From Phoronis australis (taxonomy: Eukaryota; Animalia; Phoronida), in assembly GCA_002633005.1 (NCBI GenBank), contig NMRA01000096.1, positions 434,001 through 498,000 on the forward strand: DNA of 64,000 bases, written 5' to 3'. A program made the translations under genes and the position numbers. The notes below the pieces were generated by a model. It searched no databases and was not told where the DNA came from. It worked only from the letters and a program-made list of their open reading frames with translations. Positions 38,701 to 51,031 of the stretch are shown here, in pieces (position 1 is the stretch's first letter; every line of letters begins with the position of its first letter).

Positions 38701-41700
38701 GAAAATGCAGAGTTTCTTTTTACGAAAAAATTGTGTCGATGCTTCATTAGGAAACAAAACGAAAGAGAATAACATTCCCGGAGAAATAGCTTTACGAATG
38801 GGACAACCAATGAAAAAAACTTCAAAATATTGACTTTTTCAAATTCGATGAAAAGGTAGATGACAGACATTCCCCAGACTAACTTACCTTATAATTTAGC
38901 GGCCATTGCCACGGTGGGGATGTCTTGAACATTTCGTCCGCTGACATGACCAGGCCAGCGTTACCCTGAATGGGGAAGTAAATCCAAAGACTAAAGCTTT
39001 GCTGACCAATGGCTGCAGTGAATATAGCATTTGCGAATATTTTTTCCTACGTGTAACAGCTATCTGAACACACAAGCCATATCGCGCAAATATCCATGTT
39101 TTCAAAGTTTGCCACATTCTGCTTTTTATCGAAATTGGAAAGCCAATACAGAGATTGTCTTAAAACAGGGTCCTGTTTCATGAAAAGGGACTTAACGACA
39201 GAAATTTGATTTTAGGCTCCACAACCTATTTCTGAAAAATATTATTGAATCTCACCTGAGCAAAAGTGCAATATCCTAGATAATCTCTATGAACAATTTC
39301 TAGACTATGATGCTCTCGTGATTACTTTTCTAGACCTTTATTCATCAAACGTGACGAGGGAGCGTGAGATCTAAATTTTTCTTAAGTCTTAAGTTACTTT
39401 TATGACTAACGGACCCCAGAAGTCACAAAATACAGTTATTGCCTTGCACTATTTTGGCGGAGACTTTTAATTACTTTTGGCCAGTTCGCATAATTGCAGA
39501 ATGTCTACGAGGGTATATTTCTCCCACCAAAACGTATCCTTGCTGATATGGCTGATGTAACACAAGGCCTCATTGGTGTTTCACGAGTAAGCAGCCGGTC
39601 ACAAGTGAAGCACGTAATATCAACAGATTTTACACACGAGTACCTTGCGTTGCAAAACGGGCCCCTGATGTCGGTCACCACTAAACTAACCTCAAGAAGC
39701 AGATAATTGCCTTCGATGAAACTGGTAAGAAAACCCGGGTGCTGGGTCTTAATGATTGTCTTCGGCACTAAAACAATACGAGTGGTGTTCAGTATGAATA
39801 CAATAACGTTTTGCCATTAACGAAATGAGAAACTAAAGGAACCTTTAGTTATCTAACACAATAACTTAAAGCTGTATAAGTTTGCTTTTGGTTTGGAATA
39901 TTAGAAGTTATTTCTGTTCTTAGAAACAGCTGTTGCGCGCACAAAACGACCCACTTCCAAAAGTCAACGAGCCTGGTCCGGAGTAGCAACAAAATGCCAC
40001 TTTAATAACACTTGCCTGATGATGTCGTATGGACTTCGCAAGCTATTGTTTAACTTGCGAGATCCATGCGACGGACGTAAGCGCGTCGCATGGTTATCGC
40101 CTGTGGGACGCTACCATTATTTTCCTTTGTTGCGTCTTTGTTGGATATAACAATAAAGGTCGCACGGATATCGTACCTTGGGCACAAATCGGCCGGTTGC
40201 AATAAATGCTTACCATTATCTTTAGAAAGAAAAACAAAGTGAACAATGGATACGCCTATCTACCGATATCTATGCGACAAGTTTGCGTCCTTATTTCCCA
40301 TGATCTCCGTTTAGATCTACAAAAGGAACACGTTAAGACTAGCTTAACAGTGGTAAGTGGTCCAAACCAAACAACCAAACAGAAGACGAGTTTTATAGTA
40401 GCGCTTATTGGAGCCTCGAACTAATAATACTCGTTGCTATAGTTTGAACTTACGTCTATCGTCAAACACTTCTTCAATGATCCAGTATGAATCTTTGTCT
40501 GTATGATCGTCTGTGCACGTGACCTCCTTGTGCTCCTTCAACCTTCAAAACCACTACTAAATTTTAGAATTAATTATTTTGTCAGTCGAGGCCTGTCAAT
40601 TTTGAGAATCCAAGCAGTCCATGTCAAAACAAACCCTCAAAATTCGAGCACGTCTCTACATGTATAGGAAATTTGTATCACTAAAGGTCTAGCGACTTTA
40701 CTGGATACACAAAATGTTTCCACAAATTAGCCTTTATTTGAGGAGAAAATCAGACTAAGTTAAATAGATAGATTCGGCCATAATTAAATCATTCACGAGA
40801 GTTTGTAGCAGAATCTGCAAGTAAATGTCGCAGGCCGATTTCAACAGATATTAATAAGGTTCCACTACGTGTAATCACCTTGATATTCTGAAAACTTGAA
40901 CTTGTTTTTTTTTGTTGTGGAAATGGTCTCGAAGATGGATCTATGCATTCAAATACTAGTGATTTTGGCCAACCCAATAAGCCAGTCCTCCATGCAGCAA
41001 ACTAACAATGTTGCATCCTACAAATCAAAGTAAGCCTACATGCATCGCTATTCTCTGTTTCGGCTACTTCAGCAACAGTCCGCAGACTTCATCAATTTGT
41101 AATGTGGTTGTCAGACAGTTAGATATTATACACGAATTTAGTTGTACTGTCTACTCGTGCCGCTTCTTACATGTACCCCGTCTGGTCCCAGTCCGAAAAA
41201 TCGAAAAATGCTCTTAGTGCATTATAACCCGGCCATCACAAAATCTCATTTCCCAACAATCGCCCTTCGATATTTCTATTTGCCCGCATTATTTTAAGAG
41301 TCAGTAATATTCCATGGTCACCTGATTTTTTTAATTTCTTAGAGAAAATTACAGAAGCCAGCCAACAAAAAGGGGTCAAACAATTCTATGAATCTATCGG
41401 AAAAGTTTGGTTGGTATATCTTCCCATGTTGGACTTCAAACCACGAAACTCACTCAAAAAAACTTACCATCCGGGTATGAGACCGTTTGGTGACTTCAGA
41501 ACACAGTTGTACTTTTTGTTAACGATCTGAAACACTGTTGTGGTAGTGTCGATGGTGGATCCTGCTGATTTGTTTAGTGCTCGAAAAACAAAGTGTGTTG
41601 ATTGTTCATTGCCACTAGCCTACATCAAATAAAGAAGAGATAAGGAATCAAAAGATTCTAAATTTTCTTTTCGCACGTATACAAACAATCAAAATTAATT

Positions 41701-44700
41701 GTGCCATCTCGTGACATGATGTACAAACAAAGCCAAGAAGTTTTTGACAAAATGCAGAAAAAGGGATCCTTGCTAAGCTTAGGTTACACCCAGTTTACAT
41801 TTAGCTTACATTGGATATGAATCCAAGTTTTTTCCGCTTATTTGCTTCCCGTTTGTTTCCGTTTCGTTTACACTGCGACTTGCACCATGGAGAAGTTGAT
41901 CTAGAACAAACTGCATTGCCTCTTGAAGTGGAGTGTGATGGTGTCAAATTGCACCCTCACACAAGACACCAGGTTTATCTAGTACAATGTCCACGACGAG
42001 TGCTTCAACCAAATGAACACAATAAAGATATGCTTTTTGCACCTACCGGATCTGTACATGAGACGAACTTATCATTTCGTGTTAACAGCCCCCCCTCGTT
42101 ACGGACAATCATTCTCTGGTTTATCCTGTAACGGTAATGAGTAGAGTACTTTCAATCTTTCTCAGAAAGAGTGTAAATCTTTGTTACGTCAAGTCATCAG
42201 TACATAACTGTCGACTCCATGTCTACAACAGTACTGAACAACAATGATTTCCGGTTCGCTACTACTCCAAGTTAGGGTAACATGACATTATTTTTGTTCG
42301 ACATATTTCCTGACGAATGCAAGTTGTTCATATAGTTCTATAGCAATGTGCTTGTTATCATTGCATTACCTCGGTCATGTAGGATTGAAAAATGACGTTA
42401 TCATTCCTATTGCTATACTCGTGTCTGTGTGATGTACAGTTTAACAACAAAATTATTGAAGAATTTTCATAGCTGTTCGAAAATGGGTCAGATTTTTGGA
42501 ACTAATTCCCAGTCCCGGTGTTACGCCGTTTGAAATAAACGTTATACTGATATAAAAGCAACGCCCTCGTAATTACTGTTATCAAACGCCGTAAATAAAT
42601 ACTTTATGAAGTAAATTCAAGATATGGGCTAATTGAATATTCCGAAACTGTAAACTACTTACATGTGATCCAGCACAAGTGAGTCGTTTGATTTCACCAA
42701 TATAGGTTCATCAATGCCAAGCAACTCGACTTGTCTGAGAGTCCAGTGGTTGTTTATTCCTCGAGCTTGAAACGTTGTCAACTGTAAAAAGTATGAAAAA
42801 GAGTTAAACACTTCCAATGTTCCAATGTATAAAGTAAGTTGGTATATTGCGTTTTTAATGGATATTTTCCAAATTTTGAAGGAAATGCATCACTTTAACA
42901 AATATAATGAGTTAATGGACGGCTAACTCTATTGCATTGGTGAATTGATAAATGAAGGGCCAGTATTTTACGAGATCACATTAGACATCCATTTTAATGA
43001 AAAAAGTGGTAATCTTACTAAAAGATCCCTAGGCATTTGTTTCCTCAGAGCTCCAAGCGAATAATGAAGATATCGCCCGCCAAGTCGATGGTTTCTAATG
43101 GTGACAGTCGATCCGTAAGTGACATCTAGCGTTGAAAACGGGACAAACCAATAAATGACGGCAAAGAATGGCGACTATTAGTAACATGTTTCGTTATTGG
43201 TTGCAGTGCTTGTCTTCGATTCTCAAAGCCAATTAGCCAAGATTTATTGGGACATTTACATTCATGCATAAACTTTCGATCGTCATCATATGTAACTGAA
43301 TCCTAAAGAGTCATCACTGAAAACACAAAAACCTTAATAACGACAAACATATTAACTTTAAGCATAACTTTGAAAACTCGAAATTAAAAGTCAACTTTAC
43401 TTACGAGCTGGACGGGGAATACCCAGGGGGTTCCCTTCTAAATGAGCCTGAAATGCTGGAGTATAAAACCCGTCTGTGTCTCCGCCACTGAAATGATTCA
43501 TGAACAACCCCGACTAAAGTACTGTTGTACAACGGAAATAGTCTCCTTATTCTGCAAAGTAGTTTTCTTTTGTGAAAAGAAAAAAGTTATAAAAGTCCCG
43601 GAATACAAATAATTCGTACGGTTTTACTTAAAATGTAGATTGAAAACAAAGTTATTATTTTTAATTATGGTAATACCGTGGTTCCCACGTGACACGTCTT
43701 TCTTTTGCGTTATCATGAAAACGTATCCTGAGTCTGCATGGAGGAATTTACCTTTTATTAAGTAGAGTAAAGTGGACATAGAATACTGCCACATAGATAA
43801 TGAGAGGAATACAGAGAAGGGCGACAAATCTGGCGAGGAAATGTTTGGCTGTGTTACCCTGAAATAGAGAATATTACTTAGGTAATTCTCAATTGGATTA
43901 ATTAATTAATTTATCAATTAATTAATAGTAAGGCTTTCGAAAATGACATCCGTTAGTACAGAATATGCTACCAACTTAGTAAAATAACAGTGACTAATAA
44001 ACGTTATATTAACACACCTCATGACCGACGAAATAAATAGGAACCCGAAATAAATTGAAATCGCTTTTCTTATAATGCGTCATCTGGAATGATGCTAAAA
44101 TAGATGTCTTGTTGTTTTGACATAAATAATTTGTCAAAAAAGTATTTCGTTTCGTTGGGATCAAAAGCAGATTAGGGTTTTAGACGTTGCATGTCGCTGA
44201 TGGCCCTTTCTTTCCCGCACCCCATCAAGTGATATCAGCAGAATTTTTGTAATACTTTAGGAGAAAGGCGTACCAGTTTTCAAAAAGCACAGGAAATTTT
44301 CAAACCAAATTTTTCCGAACTGCGTCGATTGAATTTTATGACACCGTCGCCGACGGCGGCATCGTCTTTCACTTACCAGGGAGACAATCCTGTCTGTAAT
44401 TAAGGTCCATAGATCTGCGACTGTTCTTATGCCGACATAAGCCATAACAAACAGACCAATGAACTTCACACTGAAATCATTTCAAAATACGATACTAATA
44501 TCCGGACTTGGATTGTAAGTGATTTTTACCAGAGGCATCATTTGAAATGACATTAATGTTACGTGCATCCCCAATAAATTTGTTTCTTCTTCTCGAAATA
44601 ACTAAGTAATTAGCGACTGCCAATTTATAAAAGTGTATATTTTCTGAAACTAGGAATCGAGACAAATCTAATTATGCTTTTTTGATTTGTTTTGTTTTCT

Positions 44701-47700
44701 TGTGTTTTTCTAGTCTTTGGATTTTGTTTAAACCAACTCGTGTGCGTCGGTGTGTTTGTATAGCGTGTTTATTTCTTTGAAAATGGTCGGTGGCTCAATT
44801 ATACTGAATAAATAACTTTATACGTTTTTGCACCAGTTCTTTTAGATTGCTCTATTCTAAGAATGACGGATGTTGCAATCGCAATTCCAGGATTAAATGT
44901 ATATCGTGTATCAATGTGCTGCCAATATACTTATTGTTCTTTTCCTAATGAATATCGGTCAGCTGCTACGTCGCGTGTCTTCCAAGTGACTCTGTGAGAA
45001 AGTCTCCGCGGTAGAAGTTAGCGCAGTGTTTAATACCAGTTGCTTCATCTCTTAATTTGTAAATGCACATGTTATCAGTGCCAGTTCTTTGTCTCAACAA
45101 CACAAACGAGCAATACAAATTGAATTTTTACACGCCTTCTTCGTCACCACAGGTAGTTCATCAGTCGCTCTGTTATGCTTTTCAGGTCCATCTTTCCACA
45201 GATTATTGTTTTAATCTATTATATATATAAAATTCATGCCGTATACAGTACACCACTATGTTGTCATAATAGCTGATCTTTATTTCATCAACCTACAATC
45301 TCCTTTACATCTCTGGACACTGATCTTGTGACGTACTTTTGTATCGTTGGTGCATATGTGGAACATAAACATAAACAAATCATAAGCCTACAGTACTTAA
45401 AGATACATGTAACTAACACGTAACATATTTGCGCACATTACATACCTGAGAACGTAACCAATAGAAACACCAGTGAAAGTTAGCCACGACCACCACTTTT
45501 TATTAAAGGGTCTGAAAATTATGAAAACCATGACTAAGTGTTAAGGTCATATTCCATTTCAACTCGCAGTCTAAACATGATTTCAGTTTTCATCAGGCAT
45601 AACCGGTTATGAACTTTAGTTTTAAAAATTACTAATCTAATTACATGTAACAACTGTGGCAACCCAGTATTCTATGCGTTTTATCAATGAAATCCATATC
45701 TTCATGCAGTTATGGGAATTTGTATTGTCAAAACGATTATCAAAGACTTCGTAATCAGTCGGGTTTAACAGCAATGACAATCACAGCGACGGTTACAAGA
45801 ACGGCGACAATGATGACGTTACTATGACTAAGTGCAAATTTTCTGTAACGTAGGTATACCGTTCACTGCAGGCTTCAAATTTGGTCACAGCAAACACGGT
45901 CAATGAAATGCCGGTCATGAGCCAAGGATCCAGTATAATCAAACGAGTCAAAGCGATCATTCCTGAATCTGAAATAGAGTTACGCGTAATTTGATGCGAA
46001 ATGTACCTAGTGGCAAAACAGAGAGGTGGGGGACTGTGTTTATACATTCAGATCTTGACTCTGTTTCGGAATGGAAGCGGAAAATGTCATATAATGAAGG
46101 AGCTTGCCTTACATTTCCTATCGCCTATCACAACGCCACCTTTGGGCACCTCTCGTAGCATTGCAAAAGAACATAGATTTCCTGTGTCTTAATTTCTGTG
46201 ACACTGTCATCCACATCCCAAATTAGCCTAGTATCCTGCAACTTTGTATCCGTAAAACATCGATTACAGTCGAAAAGTATATTAAAAAAGTCGTCCTAAA
46301 TTTCTTAGCTTGTTTCTCCTAACTCTTCTGATAGCAGGTAGATGGGTGGGTAAAATATTCTAGTCTTTCGTTATTTGAGTGCAAAATGTTTCGATTCTTT
46401 CAGTTCTTCTTTTGTCAGAAAGAGAAATAAAATTTTGCGATTTGCGCATAAATTTTACGAGGGGTCGCGCGAGCGGAAACACACCTCTAATCTAATCTAA
46501 TCTAATCCAATCTAATCTAATCTTGCAACCTTTTCCAAATGTGTATTCAAAACATTAAAACGTTACCCAACATCAACAGAATTCCACTCAGTGCCGCCGC
46601 TACCAGTGAACCGGTCATCACCCACACAGTTTCAAAGGACAACGGGATGATTAGTGATCCCACAAAGGAACAGACCTACATATTGGGTAGCAAAAGAGTA
46701 AAGAGCACAAGTTATATTACCAGTGACACTATGCATTTTACAACAAGCGTTATTTATATAGGTTTTAGCGTAAAACACAAAGCGTGTCTGAAATAGGTGA
46801 CACCTGCCGATTTGGAAGTTTTCCAGCTGAGCAGTGCAGGTCGGTAGGCCTAATACGAAACCATTGCCTTGTTGCATAATAGAACGTAAGGTCTACAACC
46901 AAGGAGATCATAGCGTTGTAGGACAGAGAGTGGTAGTTTTCAAAAATTTATCAGCGAAACATCTTCAGCTAAATGTTTCAAACCTGCAGTCACATACTTC
47001 TCATCTGGCTAGATTGACAATTCTGTGCCTCATAACTAGTTTAAAGACTTTGACGGTAGCCACAAATTTTGCCAAATGCACGGCAACGTGACTGCATTTT
47101 ACTATTTGGACGTTCTTAAAAACACTACAATTTGTCAAGAAGTTGTGTGAAAAGGATAGCTTTAGTTTGTTGATGTTGTTAATTACAACTAGGTACATGG
47201 ACGGCGCAGCACTAAAAAGTGGAGCTGTTGCCCCCCCCCCCCGCTTCCCACCTCCCTATGATGCGCTGCCCATGAGGTAACGTTTTGTCAAAAAGTATAC
47301 CATACCATTCGCATACCAACGTAAGGAGTTTCTTTGTGATAATCATAGACCGGAGGATCTTCAAAAGATGAAATACCATCGAAACCAAAAAGTCGCCCAG
47401 TCGCAGCAATCAACAACTAAACAAGAAGAAATCACTTTAGATCATTCAGTAGAAATAGACGAAAGTTGATGGATAATTTTCTCGTTGATCGACATCGTGA
47501 ATTTTCAAAACACTAGAGTTTTAGTACACGGAGTATTGTATTTGCATCCTTTTCAAATTTCCATAGTTTAACTGACGGCATAAAACATTTGAGAAGAAAT
47601 CTAATTGGCTTAACTGCTACTAGCACGTTCTCTTTCACACGGTTCTTAAAAAATTACAGGGATGCGCTCCGTAAACAAAAGATTGTATTGAAAATACCAA

Positions 47701-49580
47701 TCAAGTTATGTGAGCAAAAGACAAGTTGTCACAAGAATACTCAATACTCCACAAGCGCTTCCTAGTAAGATAGTGGACACAGCAGTGTTTCGTCGTTAGA
47801 ATGTTGACTTATGGGATACTGTTTCCGTTTCATAAGCAGAGGTGTTCGCCGAAAATGCATCGCGCGTGTCTTGAGCATACGAAACGCACTGCTGATTTTG
47901 ATAGCTGAACTGGAAAAAAAAAACACTGCAGATGGTCCGTTACCAGAATAGCATCGGACGTGCTCAGGCCACATAGGTTGGGCCCATTGCACAAAACAGC
48001 TGATTTAAAACTCATGAGAACCCTTTTATGTAAATATTGTCATTAGGCTTAGGCTCTTCCAGAGAGTATTACAGAAGTCCGTAGCCAAGTAGGTTACATT
48101 CATCTGCTACGGATGCAAGGTATTTTAACTAAGTTACTGTCCACAGATAGCGTCCAAAACCACCACACCTTTCGTTTCTCTAGTCAATTCACATAATCTT
48201 CTACTCGGAAAGATCAGTGATGGCCCCAGAGCAAGTCTGGTCATGTCACTCCCCAAAACAAGGGTGCACAGCAGAAGTTTCTCCTCACTGTGTATTGATT
48301 CCTCTTTAATGAGACAGCTAACGAGGTCCATAGCTAGGGAGGCTACATTCCCCTGTTCTGATTGCTTGAGATTTGATCCAAGTTGCTATGCATGTGAAGT
48401 GTCCACAGTCAAAATTGCTTTCGCTTCTCTGGTCATCTCACTTTGATGTTTACCCCGCAAGGTAGAGTGATTTCCCAGAACAAGTGTCCATAACAGAAAC
48501 TATTTTCTCTCATCGCATTAATGGGAGAGACAATATCCCACTCAAGAGTTAAAACGTCAACTGTCCGAGTTATGAGCATGCTTCAGCCGCTGAGTTTCAG
48601 TACCTCAGCTCTTGCAAAAGACGAGTTCGATCGCGTGTTGCCACGTGGAGGCACTGTACGCCGTAGTCTTGTTGTGGGAGAAGCTATATGTCTACTGAAG
48701 GACAAGGGCGGTCAGCGGTGGCACCTGAAAGCGGAGCACTCAGCAAAGCTAGGTACAGTTACTGCTGCTTACACTACACTACAATTACCTGTGGCCAAAC
48801 CACCAACACACTACGTGAACTGGAGTAATCATGAGACTTATCTGAAAGCCCTACCTTCCCTAATGGCGGATGGAGGTCGAAGAACAAGGTGCGAGTCAAG
48901 TAACATCCACTCATTTGCACAAAAAACGATTCATCCCAACTGAAATGGTACATTACACGTGTTTTTCAAACTAAATACAAAAATTTGAAAAGGTGTTACA
49001 AATTACACTAAATGGCAATTAAAACAGATATGACATTAAAAGGAAGGGTCACAAAAATAGAAGTCTACAACAAAGAACTCGAATAGAACTTTCTATAATG
49101 TTTTTACACTAAGACACTAGCATACTTATTTGATTTTTAGTTTTACTTTTCATTGGCTCTAAACAACGATTCCTGATAATTTACAAATAATTAAATGTCG
49201 ATAAACGATAACATGCGTTTTCGAAAAACGTTAGACAAACAGATAAAAATGAATAGGCGATTAAGGGGAGATTCCAACAAGCAAAAAGTCAAGTTAAAGC
49301 GAGTGTGTCACATAAAAACATTAGCAAAACTGAATACTCTGCTTGTAATACTTTGCTGCACAAATCGATACAAGACGTACCAAGCCCTTTCGGGCACTCC
49401 TATATTATGCCAACGTAATAAAACGGTACAGACAAACAGCGCAACTTGTATGATCTTTTTACTGCGACCCCCGTCAGGGCAATACTCCTTGTTGGTACAG
49501 TGGTCCATACGTTTGGCACTCTTTCCTTCATGACGATGCGTGCCGTTTCGCTGACTTCCCGCTCCACGTTGCCCGAACAT
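35789..49580 (-). CDS. POMT2: Protein O-mannosyltransferase 2-like (divergent), 20 exons, about 728 aa
   Basis: Phase-consistent exons (minus): 49381-49580, 48855-48939 (WDESFF...[10 protein letters not shown]), 47306-47416, 46567-46675, 45860-45968 (IILDP), 45446-45511, 44377-44470 (VKFIGLF), 43752-43858 ([10 protein letters not shown]...HFTLLNK), 43405-43487 ([15 protein letters not shown]), 43019-43125, 42663-42781, 42047-42125, 41468-41619, 40454-40542 (MIR region), 39691-39767, 38888-38965 ([10 protein letters not shown]), 38453-38612 ([12 protein letters not shown]), 37900-38040 ([21 protein letters not shown]), 37452-37566, 35789-35894 (FLPLAYG...WLKSWEI*). Total 2187 nt, open throughout. 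Confidence 0.92.
39168..39417. mobile_element. Degenerate MITE (same family as 60430-60698)
   Basis: GGGTCCTGTTTCATGAAAAGGGACTTAACGACAGAAATTTG ... TTAAGTTACTTTTATGACTAACGGACCCC. Confidence 0.55.
46486..46523 (+). repeat. (TCTAA)n microsatellite
   Basis: About 7 units read directly. Confidence 0.85.
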
Positions 49581-51031
49581 GACGGGATTTAAAGACTTTG
49601 AACCAATATAAAACGAAGTTCCTTAATACACCATCTGATGCGGGTTGGAAAAGATTGATAGGCCAATAAAAAGTTGCAGCTGTCATTTTTAAAGCAATAG
49701 TTTTATAATACCACGATTTTTCTTGTAAAGATAAGTATGTTTTATGAATGTAGAGTTCCTACGGCAATATATGGTTACGAAAACTCGCTAGTCGGTAACA
49801 AAAATCTCCATACACCTGTTTAGTTAATCCTGTGTCATTTTTTAATCACAATTCATACTGTTACCTCTAATTTTATAAGGTACATGTATACATTCTTTAA
49901 TCGTTTTACTGAAAGTATTTTATAAAATGTGAACTCCACAGGATAACATTTAGTTGAGATTTAGCAAAATATTTATTGAAACAATAGACGTTGGACTATC
50001 CTATTGTACCGGGTCAGTCATTGTAAGTTCAATTTCTCAATTGACGTCAGTACTTCTGTGTAACGTTTTCAAAGCATAGTATTATTTACAGACTTAGTCA
50101 GTGTACGGAGACCACCTCAATGTACGTTGTCTTCAACTTAGTCATCAGTACTGACAGCATTAGTTATAATAGAAGTACAGGGTAGTGTTTACTTATTTTA
50201 ATGATAATGACAATCACGTTGTTGTACTATCAACGAATAAAATTATAATAACTATATGTACGCATCCCGAATTGTGATTAGTTGTCACTTAAAAACAGAC
50301 ATAATAATAATAATAATTAAGAAATCAAATATAAATATAACAAAATCTATGCTCGTATGTTGAGTTATTGAAATTTGGCAAATTGTCTAGGAAAATGATG
50401 AAACCATCGGATAATTATAACTTTTCTATTCTGTTATAGTTTGGAACGTTAGGTTCTTGGAGAGCCATGTTGAGAAATATATTGGTTCTACGTGAACCAT
50501 GCAATGTATAATCAAGTAAAAAATACAGCTCATCTTCAAATGAGTCACAACACATATATACACAACCAGTTGTGCAAGAGTTCCAACCCTAAGCTGAACC
50601 AATAGGGAAAGCTCGGAACGTATCACTGCTATATACTGTACAGTATCAAACATATTTAAATAAAATATTAATACTAATATCCTTTTATTTGGATCTTCTA
50701 AGAAAAGAGAATTACACCTAAATAATCGAATGATGTTTTTTATTACAACTGAGTTTTCTAGTTTAAACTCGAAACGGTTCTTTGGTAGGCTTAGTTCTGA
50801 ATTAAGCAAACTATGATTTGGACAAATTACCAGATATTCTCCATTTTAAAAATAAGTTAAAAACTTCTGCAAAGGGACAATTTACAGGAAAGCCGAAGAA
50901 ATCCATCAAAAACATAAATGGTCGTTTGGCATTGATTTTGATGCAAGAATTTACAAGATCAGGTCATGCTTTTTTGTCGAAAACATCGCATCTGGTTACA
51001 TTGGGAGATAATCCGGGAGCATGCAATATTA

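Noticed and set aside
48134-48730. GC-richer ORF-like stretch in POMT2 intron 2 (65-140 aa ORFs)
   Set aside because: No recognisable domain; possibly an old mobile-element fragment but unsupported.
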